In this document: in pieces, positions 45,691 through 55,701 of the stretch
Numbering within the stretch: the stretch's first letter is position 1
Layout of the letters: every line of letters begins with the position of its first letter
Translations under genes and position numbers: made by a program
The notes under the pieces: model-generated
Database searches by the model: none
The model's input: the letters and a program-made list of their open reading frames with translations, nothing else
Told to the model about the DNA's origin: nothing
NCBI GenBank assembly: GCA_965222375.1
Contig: CBDCTZ010000015.1
Location: 1,344,001 to 1,408,000, forward strand
From: Polyangiaceae bacterium
GTDB taxonomy: Bacteria; Myxococcota_A; Polyangia; Polyangiales; Polyangiaceae
Reading direction: 5' to 3'
DNA: 64,000 nt

Positions 45691-47573
45691 ACGGTGACCC
45701 TCCTATGATAGGTGAGCCACTCGATAACGCTAACGATCAGCGCGGCCAGAAGCAGGTACAGCCACAGCTCCCGCCGCACGCCGGGCTTGAAACCTTCTGG
45801 GCGAGCCAGAGCCTCGCCCTTCAGGGCCAGCTTCTTCACCGGTTCAATCTGGCTCTCTTCGGGGCTGACCAAGTTCGCGGCAAACATGGTCGTCACGGGC
45901 TCGGGCTCCATCTTCGCCGTCAGCTCGTAGAAGCCCGCTCGGTCCCCCAGGTACACCGCACGGCCTTCCTTGACTGGCACCGTCAAGGTCTTGCCATCCG
46001 GGCGCTTGAGCTCCGCCGACTTCGCACCACTCGGCGCCGGGATGTGCCAAACGTTGCCGGTCATGAAGCTGGAGACGTAGCCCGTGTCTTCTTCGATGAA
46101 GTCGTTGATCACGTTCAGCACGAACAGTGGCCAGGCAACTCTCAACACGAGATCACTATTGCGTGGGTCGAACCCCAAAGCCACGAAGCGCCGGCCCGAG
46201 CGCCGGCCAGCCACCAAGATGGGACCTTTCTCGCTGGCGCCGACCACGCGGTCCTGCTTCTTCGGATCGAGTGAGTTGCCGAATAGAACCTGGATGTCCC
46301 CCATGCTCATCCAGCGCAGGATGGGGCTCTTCTTTTTCCAGGTATCGAAGCCGAACATCTCGATCTTTTTCTTGTGCTCGACGGGCCCACCCTTTTCGGG
46401 AACGTCGAGATAGAGCAAGCCGCCACTACCCCGGGCCACCTTGGGAGCCACGGCATCGAAGATCGTCACATCGAAGGTCCCTCGGGGTGGGTATTGGCTC
46501 GGAGCCACCGTCGTGACGTCCAGGTACTCGTCGAGCAATAGCGCGGCCTCGAGGTAGTTGTTGCCCGGCGAAACCACCAGCACCCGCGCGCGCCGACGTT
46601 CAGGCATCAGGGCGAAGGCGTGGTCATCCGCGGGCATGTCGTCGCGCTTTCCGTCGCCCAAGCTCAGCTTGGCCTCCAGGGTGCGGCTGGCGCCAGCTAG
46701 GTCCTTGTAAAACCGCGCAAGGCGCTCTTTCTTGCCGAGGGCCAGGCGGGTCACGTCGACGGTCTGACCGTCGCCGAGCAAGCGGAGCTCCACGTTGGTG
46801 GGCTCGTCGTTCATGTTCTGGATCTCGATCATCACCTCGTAGCGAGACTTGTCGAGGGGATAGCGCCGCACGGAAAAGGCGGTGATGGCAACGTTCTTCT
46901 TGCCGCTACCGATCGGAATGAAGCGGACCTTCACGTTTTCGAGAGACAGACCCCGAGTCGCTTCCTTGAGATCACCCAGAGCGCCATCGCTGATCACGAC
47001 GACCTCGGCCTTGGGCAGTCCGGTCAGACTATCCAGAGCGAAGGAAAGAGCGCGTCGCGCGTCCGCGCGAGTATCCGTGGCTTCGATCAGATCGAGAGCG
47101 GGCTTCAGCTCGCTCGTCTCGCCGCTCATGGTGGAAAGCGGGGTAATGGCGGCGTCCATCTGGGCAATGAGCATGCGATCCGAGCCCGAGAGCCCCTCGA
47201 TCAGCTTCTTCACCTCTTGCTTGGCCTCGTGCATGCGCGTCGGCTTCACGTCCGTGGCCTTCATGGAGGCACTTCCGTCGACGATCACGACCACGTTGCG
47301 ACCTTCGATTAGGCCCCCGGAAATCCGCGGATCCCCAAGGGCGGAAACCAACAGGGTCAGCAGCGCGAGCTGCACCAGCAGGGAGAGCAATCGCTTGAGG
47401 CGCGACCACCAAGTCGTTGCTTCCTTGTCACGAAGGATGCGCTCCCAGATCCGCGAAAAAGGCACGGGCACGGGCCGCCGCCGCAGCTTGAGGACGTAGA
47501 ACAGCACGGTCAGGCCGCCGGCAGCTCCAAGCACCGTCAAAAGCGTGGACAGGGGTAGGCCCGCGAAGATCAT
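45687..47573 (-). CDS. BatA and vWA domain-containing protein
   Basis: FYVLKLRRR..P.SRIW BatA motif; VDGSASM, VISDG; C-terminal ELW..IEW TM. Confidence 0.85.
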   Translation of the reverse strand: MIFAGLPLSTLLTVLGAAGGLTVLFYVLKLRRRPVPVPFSRIWERILRDKEATTWWSRLKRLLSLLVQLALLTLLVSALGDPRISGGLIEGRNVVVIVDGSASMKATDVKPTRMHEAKQEVKKLIEGLSGSDRMLIAQMDAAITPLSTMSGETSELKPALDLIEATDTRADARRALSFALDSLTGLPKAEVVVISDGALGDLKEATRGLSLENVKVRFIPIGSGKKNVAITAFSVRRYPLDKSRYEVMIEIQNMNDEPTNVELRLLGDGQTVDVTRLALGKKERLARFYKDLAGASRTLEAKLSLGDGKRDDMPADDHAFALMPERRRARVLVVSPGNNYLEAALLLDEYLDVTTVAPSQYPPRGTFDVTIFDAVAPKVARGSGGLLYLDVPEKGGPVEHKKKIEMFGFDTWKKKSPILRWMSMGDIQVLFGNSLDPKKQDRVVGASEKGPILVAGRRSGRRFVALGFDPRNSDLVLRVAWPLFVLNVINDFIEEDTGYVSSFMTGNVWHIPAPSGAKSAELKRPDGKTLTVPVKEGRAVYLGDRAGFYELTAKMEPEPVTTMFAANLVSPEESQIEPVKKLALKGEALARPEGFKPGVRRELWLYLLLAALIVSVIEWLTYHRRVTV

Positions 47574-48523
47574 CAGCGAAGGAACCCTCCACGCCGGAAC
47601 ACGCTGAGCACTAATTCGTCAAAGGGTGTCTTCACGTCCGCGACGAAGTAGGGCACTTGACGGCTGGTGCAGAACCGCTCCACCTCGACGAGGTAGTCAT
47701 TCCAGGCGCGTTCCATGCGCTCCAGCAGCTTCGCGGTGACCGTCACTTCCCGCTCGTCACCCGTCTCGCAGTCGTAGATCCGCACGTCGCCCTGCAGCTT
47801 CGGCTTGGCCTCCTCAGGGTCGACCAGGTGCAGCACGTAGGGTTCGAACTTGTTGTAGCGCAGCACATTGATGCCGTGCTCGAAGCCAGCGGGGTCGTAC
47901 AGATCGCTGATCAGAACCGCCAGCCCCCGCCGCTTGTGCTGGGCCACGAAGGTCTTCAAGCTGTCGGACAGGTCCGTGACCCCATCGGGCTCGATCCGCC
48001 GAAGGAACTCGAAGACCTTGAAGATGCGCCCCTTGCCCCGGGTCGTTGGCATCCGGGCCACGATGGAGTCGTTCGCACTGACGATGGTCACGCGATCCAA
48101 GTTTGCCAGGGCCACATAGGCCAGAGCTGCGCAGAGCCGACGCGCCTGATCGAACTTCTTGCCTTCGCCGAAGCCCATGGACGTGGAGCAATCCACGATG
48201 AAGTAGACGCTCAGGTCCTCTTCTTCCTCGTAGAGACGCACCAGCAGCCGGCCAAAGCGCTGGTAGACGTTCCAATCCACATAGCGGAAGTCGTCTCCGG
48301 GCACGTAGTCGCGATGGTCCGCGAACTCGATGCCACTGCCCTTCTTCTTGGTACGCCGTTCAGCGCGCTGCCGACCCGCAAACACTCGGCGCGAAACGAT
48401 GGCCAAGCTCTCTAGCTTCTTCTGGAACTCGTCGTCGAAAAGATCCGCCTTTTCGACGCGTGTGCGCGCGAAACGCCGGGAGACCGGCGCCGCGGCGCGC
48501 TTGAATACGTCCAGAACACCCAT
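47573..48523 (-). CDS. DUF58 domain protein
   Basis: EFADHRDYVPGDDFRYVDWN, DCSTSM, LISDL. Confidence 0.92.
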   Translation of the reverse strand: MGVLDVFKRAAAPVSRRFARTRVEKADLFDDEFQKKLESLAIVSRRVFAGRQRAERRTKKKGSGIEFADHRDYVPGDDFRYVDWNVYQRFGRLLVRLYEEEEDLSVYFIVDCSTSMGFGEGKKFDQARRLCAALAYVALANLDRVTIVSANDSIVARMPTTRGKGRIFKVFEFLRRIEPDGVTDLSDSLKTFVAQHKRRGLAVLISDLYDPAGFEHGINVLRYNKFEPYVLHLVDPEEAKPKLQGDVRIYDCETGDEREVTVTAKLLERMERAWNDYLVEVERFCTSRQVPYFVADVKTPFDELVLSVFRRGGFLR

Positions 48524-48569
48524 GGGCTTCAGGAACTCGAGGGCAACACGAGAGCGGACGCCGGACTCT

Positions 48570-49568
48570 TCACGGCTTCGCCTCCGCAAGCTCGCCCAGG
48601 ATCTGCTCGATCACGTGATCCGTACGCACGCCTTCGGCCTCGCCCTCGAAGTTCAAGAGAATGCGATGCCGCAGCGCGGGATAAGCGGAGGCCTTGACGT
48701 CGTCGGTGCTGGCAGCGTAGCGCCCTTCGATCAGAGCTCGGATCTTGGATGCCAACAGGATCGCTTGAACGCCACGAGGCGAAGCCCCGGTGTTGACGTA
48801 GCGCCGTACCTTTTCCGGCGCACCCTCGCCATCGGGATGGGTCGCCGTGAGTAGACGCACGGCGTAGTCCTGAACGTGGCGTGCCACCGGCACGGTGCGA
48901 ACCAGATGCTGCATCTCCAAGATCTCGTCCTTGGAGACAACCGGCGACACCTCCGCGTGGTGCTCGGTGGTGGTGCGATCGATGATCTCGTGCAGTTCGT
49001 CCCGCCCCGGGAACGGAACGTGTAGCTTGAAGAAGAAGCGGTCCAGCTGGGCTTCTGGCAACGGATAGGTGCCTTCCATTTCGAGCGGGTTCTGCGTAGC
49101 GAGCACGAAGTAGGGCTCGTCGATGGTGTGCGTGGTTCGACCCACGGTCACACGGTGCTCCTGCATGGCCTCGAGCAGCGCGCTTTGAGTCTTCGGCGTC
49201 GCGCGGTTCACCTCGTCCGCCAGGACCACGTTGGCGAAGATGGGCCCCTTGCGAAACACGAACACGTGCTCGCCGCCCCCTTCGCCCTCTTCGATCACCG
49301 TCGTGCCGATGATGTCCGCCGGCATCAGGTCCGGCGTGAATTGGATTCGGGAGAAATCCAAGCCGACGGTTTCCGCCAAGGTGCGGACCAGCATCGTCTT
49401 GCCGAGCCCGGGCACACCTTCCAGCAAGGCATGGGAGCCCGCCAGCATGCAGGTCAGCACGCCGTCAATCACGTCCCGGTTGCCAACGATGATGCGGCCG
49501 ATCTCTTCGCGCAGCGCGCCGATCTTCTTCTGGAACTTTTCTACATCTTCTCGCGCGTCGTCGCTCAT
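48570..49568 (-). CDS. moxR: MoxR family AAA+ ATPase
   Basis: GVPGLGKT, RIQFTPDLMPAD, DEVNRATPKTQSALLEAM, QNPLEMEGTYPLPEAQLDRF. Confidence 0.95.
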   Translation of the reverse strand: MSDDAREDVEKFQKKIGALREEIGRIIVGNRDVIDGVLTCMLAGSHALLEGVPGLGKTMLVRTLAETVGLDFSRIQFTPDLMPADIIGTTVIEEGEGGGEHVFVFRKGPIFANVVLADEVNRATPKTQSALLEAMQEHRVTVGRTTHTIDEPYFVLATQNPLEMEGTYPLPEAQLDRFFFKLHVPFPGRDELHEIIDRTTTEHHAEVSPVVSKDEILEMQHLVRTVPVARHVQDYAVRLLTATHPDGEGAPEKVRRYVNTGASPRGVQAILLASKIRALIEGRYAASTDDVKASAYPALRHRILLNFEGEAEGVRTDHVIEQILGELAEAKP

Positions 49569-49606
49569 TCGTCAGTTCGCTTTCGTTGGCCAGCGCGCGA
49601 GGCGAT

Positions 49607-51541
49607 CTACTCGCGCGGACGGATCAGTTGGAAATAGCGCTGCACGTAAAATCGGTAACCCGGCGGGATCTGGTCTTGATTCATGACCTGCTCCGCGACG
49701 GTCTTGTAGTCCGTGTACACCTTCTTGTACCCGCGGCCCGTGAAGCCGCGTTCGGATGCACCATAGATGACTTGGCTGGACGCCGTGCCCTCGCCCGTGT
49801 CGGCGGCCGCCGCCGTGACGTCCTTGGTTTGGCCCTTCAAGTTGCTGGCTTCACCCTTGAGGTTCGAGTCGTGGCCGGTCCCCCAGCTCTTTCCGCCTTT
49901 GCCGCCACCAGCGCCAGGCTTGTCGCCACCTCCCTGGCCGCTGCCTTGGCCGGGCATCTGCCCCGCGCCCGGACCCGTGCCCTGACCCATGCCGGGGATC
50001 GGTACCGTTTTGCCACCCGAGCCCTGGCCGATCATCAGGCCCTTACCGCTGCCACCGGGTTGGTTGCCCTGGCCCTTTTGGCCCTTGCCTTTGCCTTGGC
50101 CCTTTTGACCCTTGCCGCCTTTGCCGCCCCGGGCGCGCTGACCGAACTTGAGTAGCCGCTGCAGGCGCTGTTTGCCGCCCTTGCCCTGCTGGCGCAGCAG
50201 CTCTTTCATCTGTTGAAGGCGCTTTCGAAGCTCTTGCTTCTCCTTGTCGGTCATCTCCTCCTGAGCCATGCGGTTGATGTCCTGAGCGGCGTTCTCCAAG
50301 TCCTCCGCTGACAGTCCCAGTTCCTTCATCAAGTCCGCGGCGGCCTTGGCCAACTCGCGATCGAGGCGTGAGAGCTGGCGCTGAGCGCGCTTGGCCTTGT
50401 TCTTCTCACGATTGAGCCGTTCGAGCTGACGCTCCTTCTTGTTGAGCAGCTTGCGGTTGCGCTTGGACAGCCCGCCGTCCTGCTTCTTCTTCTTCTTGAG
50501 CAGTCGCTTCTTTTCTTCCTCGAGCTTCTTGCGCTGCGCTTCAATCCGCTTCAGGCGCTCCGAGCTGTTCTTGCTGGCCTTCTTGAGGGCCCCGCGAAGC
50601 TTGTCCAGCTGAGCCTTGGTGGGCGGGTTCTTCTTGTTCTTGAGTTTCTCGGCGAGCTCCCGCATCGCCTTTTCGGCATCCGCCAGGTTCTTTTCCTTCA
50701 GGCCCTTCGCAATGGGCTTGGTCAGGTCGCTCTTTTCCAGCTCCTTGGCCAGTCCCTTGAGCCCCTCTTGCATGGCCTCCTTGTCGGCCTCGGCACCCTT
50801 CAGCAAATCCCGCTCGAGCTCCTCCAGGCGCTTGAAGACTTCGGTGCGGTCTTGGCGTTGAGCGGCAATGTCTTCGATCAACTGATTGAAGCGACGGATG
50901 GCCGCCTGGACCTCCGGATCCTGGCTGTTCTTCTCCAGGTCCTTGGCCATGTCCTTGAACAAGTCCAAGTCATCGGCGGTCATGACCATGGGTTTGAAGG
51001 TGGGCTCTGGAGGTATTTCGCGGATCGTCCGCACCTCCAACAACGCGATGCCCACCAAGCTGGCGATCAGGAACGCGACGATCGGCAGTTCTCGCGGCAC
51101 GTTGATGGGTGCCGCGCGACGCGGCTTCAGGCCCCGGGCCTTTTCCGTCGCGTCTACAATGGCCGCATTCATCAGCTCCGAGCGCTTGTCCTGTTCAATC
51201 GCAGTGAAGGACAGCGCGCTCGTAAGGCGGTCTGCCAAACCGTGGTGGCGGTCGAGCGCCATGGCGCCCAAGTGCTTTGAGCGCTTCGCGAAGTACGCCA
51301 GCAGCATGCCGGCAACGGGCACCACCAACAGCGCCGCGCCCATGTAGAGTAGCAGCTGCTCTCTCTCGACCCCCGGTCGGGCAGCCTTGATGTAGGTCAG
51401 AACCCCAACCGAGTAGACCAGCGGGACCGGCAGCAGCCCGACGAACCAGCGCAATCCGCGATTCAAGCGCAGCCGGATCTCTGCATGCCGTGCCGCACGG
51501 GCAATCTGTCGCATGCTCTTTTTGAGATTCGGTTCGCTCAA
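49607..51541 (-). CDS. Membrane-anchored coiled-coil protein (first gene of MoxR operon)
   Basis: N-terminal TMs, DRLTSAL motif, Lys/Glu coiled coil, Gly-rich region, C-terminal IPPGYRFYVQRYF. Confidence 0.8.
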   Translation of the reverse strand: MSEPNLKKSMRQIARAARHAEIRLRLNRGLRWFVGLLPVPLVYSVGVLTYIKAARPGVEREQLLLYMGAALLVVPVAGMLLAYFAKRSKHLGAMALDRHHGLADRLTSALSFTAIEQDKRSELMNAAIVDATEKARGLKPRRAAPINVPRELPIVAFLIASLVGIALLEVRTIREIPPEPTFKPMVMTADDLDLFKDMAKDLEKNSQDPEVQAAIRRFNQLIEDIAAQRQDRTEVFKRLEELERDLLKGAEADKEAMQEGLKGLAKELEKSDLTKPIAKGLKEKNLADAEKAMRELAEKLKNKKNPPTKAQLDKLRGALKKASKNSSERLKRIEAQRKKLEEEKKRLLKKKKKQDGGLSKRNRKLLNKKERQLERLNREKNKAKRAQRQLSRLDRELAKAAADLMKELGLSAEDLENAAQDINRMAQEEMTDKEKQELRKRLQQMKELLRQQGKGGKQRLQRLLKFGQRARGGKGGKGQKGQGKGKGQKGQGNQPGGSGKGLMIGQGSGGKTVPIPGMGQGTGPGAGQMPGQGSGQGGGDKPGAGGGKGGKSWGTGHDSNLKGEASNLKGQTKDVTAAAADTGEGTASSQVIYGASERGFTGRGYKKVYTDYKTVAEQVMNQDQIPPGYRFYVQRYFQLIRPRE

Positions 51542-51919
51542 GGGGCTCTCAGCAGTTTCTCTCTTGCTTGACGGTTGTAACGCCGGAAAGTTCCGATTGC
51601 TTTCGGTTCCGACCGAAGTCTCTGGCGCTTATTGGGTCAGTCTAGCGCGCCCGAGCCAACAATGGCAGCGGCCGCGAATTCCGGATCGTAGCAAATTCAT
51701 CAATTATTTCAGATATTTACGTAAACGACTCGGGCCGATGCTGGGCTTGGCCAGAGGTAGCCGGGTGAAGCGGATCGCATGCCCAGTAGTTTGTTGTTGG
51801 GTTTGGGGGTCGCATCCCTGGGGCCTTCCGAGCCACTAATCTCGATCCAGGCCACGCTTTGACATCGGCTCCAGACGGAAAACCGTGACACCTCGGTGTT
51901 CGGGCGTCGGCGAAGCGGA

Positions 51920-52762
51920 CTACTTGCACGCGGGGAATTGCGCTGCGCCGCTGACCTCACCCGCTTCGACATGCTGGATTCCCGTGTCCGTGAGGATGTT
52001 GCCGTACACATCCGTGACGCGAAACGTGTGAGGGCCCGGCCCCATTCCTGAAGCCTCGACGAAGTAGTTGTAATCGAGCCGGGAGACCTCCACGAACCCG
52101 CCGCCTGCAGCTTCATATTCCAACTTGGCGATGCCGTGGCGATGGTTGCGTAGCTGTACGGCGGTCCACCACTGATTCGACCCCTCTTTGAAGCGATATA
52201 CGATCGGCCCGCCAACGTTGCAGGGCACGTACTGCCAAGAGATGGCAACCCGACCCTTGGACAGCTGCGCGATTTTCTCGAAGGCTTCCGGGCTGAGGTC
52301 GATATCGCCCGCGGGGCATTCGGGACAGCGATCGACGATGCGAACGGTGACCTCGCCATCGGGTCCTTTGATCTTGGCGCAAGTGCCGCACGCTCCGGAG
52401 TTTTGGTAGTCGGTGTGGTTCATGGCGCCGACCATCAAGTCCTGCGGCGTGGCGGGGAAACTGCAATTGCCCGAGCCATCGGCAAAGGTGTAGTAGGTCG
52501 CCTCCCCCGTGTGCTGGGGCTCGCCCCCGCAGGCACTGGTGGCACCGGTTCCACCAGCTGCGCTGTTGCCGCCACTCGACATCCCGCCGCTTCCACCGCT
52601 CGAAGCAGCGCCCGTGCCATTCCCGCCGCTGGACGTCCCGCCCGCAGCCGTGCCTCCGCCGGCACTGCCCGCGGCGCCGCCGCCACCGGCCGCCGTGTCG
52701 TCGCTGCCCCCACAGGCAAGCACCAAGGTAGCGGCGGTCACCAGGGATAGCGGGCGCAACAT
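51920..52762 (-). CDS. Expansin (EXLX1/YoaJ-like) lipoprotein
   Basis: VLAC lipobox; GEATYY..GNCS, IVDRCPEC..IDLS DPBB domain; FKEGSNQWWTAVQLRNH..DYNYF CBM63. Confidence 0.92.
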   Translation of the reverse strand: MLRPLSLVTAATLVLACGGSDDTAAGGGGAAGSAGGGTAAGGTSSGGNGTGAASSGGSGGMSSGGNSAAGGTGATSACGGEPQHTGEATYYTFADGSGNCSFPATPQDLMVGAMNHTDYQNSGACGTCAKIKGPDGEVTVRIVDRCPECPAGDIDLSPEAFEKIAQLSKGRVAISWQYVPCNVGGPIVYRFKEGSNQWWTAVQLRNHRHGIAKLEYEAAGGGFVEVSRLDYNYFVEASGMGPGPHTFRVTDVYGNILTDTGIQHVEAGEVSGAAQFPACK

Positions 52763-53272
52763 GAAGTAAATGCTGTCACGGCTGGTAGTCGTCGTCACCT
52801 ACGCGACCTCGCGTCCAGAGCGATTCCCGGGGCCCCGACCTCGACGCCACCGTGTCGGTAGGGCTGCTCAAAGCCGCCGACCTAGAGACGCGTGACGTGG
52901 GAGCCAATGTGTGAAGTTGCCCACATTGGGTTCGCAGAGTTGCTGGGCGCAGCAAGGAGCCGAAAATCCACGCTGTGGCGTCGGCGTGACCTACTCGGCA
53001 CCACACGAGACCCTCCGTACGGATGGGAAGTGTGGCATTCCATTTTTCGGGAGGTCGTAAGCAGCGACCACCGCGTGGCAGCGGCGTGACGGTGCGGCAC
53101 GTCGTCACCTTCGGGCAGGCCGGAAACTGCGACGCCTGGGCCAAGTCCCGAACCGTGGAACCGATGACGTAGATCTGTGCGGTGCGACCGCTGGACGTGC
53201 CCGTCTCGTTCCTGTTTACACACACGTCTCACGTGTGATGAGGTAAGTCCCGTTTGATGCGCGGAGGGCACC

Positions 53273-54595
53273 ATGCTCAACGTTGAGGACTTCGGGGCGA
53301 TACACGACGGTGCGGCGGACGACGCCGACGCGATAAGGACTGCCATCAACGCGGGCGTTGCGCAGCGGCAGAACGTGTTCTTTCCCAGAGGAGTCTACCG
53401 GGTCGGTTCCTCCATCCAGCCGCAGCTGGCGGGAGTGCCAATAGCGCTCGTCGGTGAACCCGGAACTACGATCCGCGCGGTTGGTAGCGAGCGACAGTAT
53501 CTACTGTACCTCAAGGGTGCGAGCGCCAACGTCGTGATCCAGGACATTCGTTTTCAGGGATCGGGCGTAGTGAACCAACTCGTGATGGTCAGTGCCGACA
53601 ACGGGAATGCCGGCCCCAGCGTTGCTGCGGAGGTTCTAATCGTGAATTGCGTGTTCGAGGGAGCTGCCGCCACCAAAGACGGAAATGCGCTTTGGGATCT
53701 CGCGGTCGGGCTGCGAATCGAAGGCGCGTACGGTCGCATCCTCGTCCAGCGGTGCATGTTCCGGAACATTTGGGCGCTGCGGGAAGGCGTCTTTGCTCGC
53801 GGACTGCTTGTCAGGTGGCGAGCCAAGGGGGCTAATTCTTTGGTACAGACTCAGTACGCGGTTCTGCGCGATTGCCACTTCGAGTGTGTGCTGACGTTGA
53901 ACCCGAGTAGCAACGACGAAGAGGCCGATGGGGCGTACCTAAACGCCGCGGTCGAGGGCGGCGGCGACTATGCGCTTGCCGGTTCAACCGCCACGATCGA
54001 AGGCTGTCGCTTCGTCAACTGCATGACTCGTAGCGTGAAAGCGCAGGTTGAGCGTATTACTGTCCGCGGCAGCAGCTTCCACCGAAGTGCTTTCGCTGGG
54101 CAGGTTGAAGTGAATGCGCAGTATGGCGGCGCAGTCGTCACCGGGAACACATTCCACTACGAGGATTACGCCGTGTTGTGGGCTATCTCGGCAGGGCATC
54201 GTCCGGAGAACGACAGTTCCCTGATCGTTTCGGACAACATCTTCACTCTGGCCAGAAGCGTTCCGGCCGCGGTCATCGGCTGTAACGACGTTGAAGCCGG
54301 GGACCCCATGAATCGCATCAACATCAGCAACAACGTTGTAATCGGAGAGTGCGCTGCATTCGCGAGCTTCCGCGTGTCCGGCCAAACCGGGAACTCTGCA
54401 GTTATTCATGGGAATACGGTCGACCACTGCAGGGAGTCGTTCATCCACGCGTGGAAGAACCTTCCGCCTTCGTCGCTCTCTGGGACGTTCACCTACAACC
54501 GCGCAACCGGCGGTTCGACGACCTTCATTTCGAGTGGAGAACAGACAACGGTTCGCCCAGATGTAATCGCAGGTAACGTCGGGTTCGTGCCATAG
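53273..54595 (+). CDS. Pectate lyase 3-like / right-handed beta-helix protein
   Basis: GGAGG RBS; NVEDFGAIHDGAADDADAI..VFFPRGVYRV N-terminus; repeated IxxNxF beta-helix turns; no signal peptide. Confidence 0.8.
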   Translation: MLNVEDFGAIHDGAADDADAIRTAINAGVAQRQNVFFPRGVYRVGSSIQPQLAGVPIALVGEPGTTIRAVGSERQYLLYLKGASANVVIQDIRFQGSGVVNQLVMVSADNGNAGPSVAAEVLIVNCVFEGAAATKDGNALWDLAVGLRIEGAYGRILVQRCMFRNIWALREGVFARGLLVRWRAKGANSLVQTQYAVLRDCHFECVLTLNPSSNDEEADGAYLNAAVEGGGDYALAGSTATIEGCRFVNCMTRSVKAQVERITVRGSSFHRSAFAGQVEVNAQYGGAVVTGNTFHYEDYAVLWAISAGHRPENDSSLIVSDNIFTLARSVPAAVIGCNDVEAGDPMNRINISNNVVIGECAAFASFRVSGQTGNSAVIHGNTVDHCRESFIHAWKNLPPSSLSGTFTYNRATGGSTTFISSGEQTTVRPDVIAGNVGFVP

Positions 54596-54893
54596 TGAAT
54601 GTGAGGCCGGTACCGCGAGTAGCCAGCGGCGGGGGGGCGGCGATCTGATCATGTCGCTTTTCTGACCGCGTCCGCTCTACCTGCATGGACGGAGCATGCG
54701 CAGGACCTCGTCGTGGCAGCCGTGGCCCGTCTGACGCGAGGTCGTGATAACGCGCGAAGGACTCGGGCTCAGCCAATTTCTGCTGGTTCACCAACCAGCC
54801 GAGGGGAGTCTCGTTCTGGACGACGGATAGGCTTGACCAAGCACATACCGTGGTCTCGAATGGGCCGAACCCGACTTTCCGAAAGCTCGCGCC

Positions 54894-55700
54894 ATGCCTA
54901 AGACCGCAAAGACCGTCGTTCTCGTAGCCGATGATGAGCCCAGTACTCGCGCAATGGTGTCCGGCCATCTGCGCGCCAAGGGCTACCAAGTGCATGAAGC
55001 CGCAGACGGTGATGAAGCCTGGACGATGGCTCACGAGCATCTGCCCCATATCGTCGTACTCGACGTGATGATGCCGGGCATGAGCGGGTGGGAAGTGTGC
55101 CGTAAGATCCGCGAAGCGGTGTCCTTGGCGCACACCGGCGTCGTCATGCTCACGGGCATCGGCGAAAATCTCAATGAGATGACGTCGCCGCTCTACGGCG
55201 CCGACGCGTATCTGGACAAACCCTTCGAGTTTTCGAAGCTTGATCGCAAGATCAAAGAGACCCTTGCAGCGCGCAAACCACGCTCAAGCGCCGACTTCGT
55301 CGCGGGGATCGTCGGAGCAGGCAAAGGCAAGAAGAAGGCGGAGCCCAAGGCCAAGGCTGCTCTCAAGAAGAGCGCTGCCAAGAAGGTGACCAAAAAGGCG
55401 GCCAAGAAAGCGGCACCCAAGAAGGCCACGAAGAAGAAGGTCAGTAAGAAGAACGTGGCCAAGAAGGCCGTCCGAGCTGTCGCGAAGAAGGCGAAGAAGA
55501 CCACCAAGCGCGGCGTGAAGAAGGCCGCGGCCAAGAAGGCCGTCAAGCGCGGCGTGAAGAAGGCCGCGGCCAAGAAGGCCGTCAAGCGCGGCGTGAAGAA
55601 GGCCGCGGCCAAGAAGGCCGTCAAGCGCGGCGTGAAGAAGGCCGCGGCCAAGAAGGCCGTCAAGCGCGCCCCGGCGAAGCGCAAGGCGAAGAAGGCCTGA
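54894..55700 (+). CDS. Response regulator receiver fused to a Lys/Ala-rich histone-H1-like tail
   Basis: VADDE, VLDVMMPG, MLTG, YLDKPF; ~125-aa KKAA-rich tail. Confidence 0.9.
   Translation: MPKTAKTVVLVADDEPSTRAMVSGHLRAKGYQVHEAADGDEAWTMAHEHLPHIVVLDVMMPGMSGWEVCRKIREAVSLAHTGVVMLTGIGENLNEMTSPLYGADAYLDKPFEFSKLDRKIKETLAARKPRSSADFVAGIVGAGKGKKKAEPKAKAALKKSAAKKVTKKAAKKAAPKKATKKKVSKKNVAKKAVRAVAKKAKKTTKRGVKKAAAKKAVKRGVKKAAAKKAVKRGVKKAAAKKAVKRGVKKAAAKKAVKRAPAKRKAKKA
55506..55667 (+). repeat. 39-bp perfect coding tandem repeat x4 (KRGVKKAAAKKAV)
   Basis: AAGCGCGGCGTGAAGAAGGCCGCGGCCAAGAAGGCCGTC at 55506, 55545, 55584 and 55623. Confidence 0.95.
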
Positions 55701-55701
55701 G

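Noticed and set aside
52804..54744. 12-bp inverted match CGACCTCGCGTC/GACGCGAGGTCG flanking the beta-helix gene as transposon ends
   Set aside because: Short and GC-rich, with no transposase or target duplication; likely chance.
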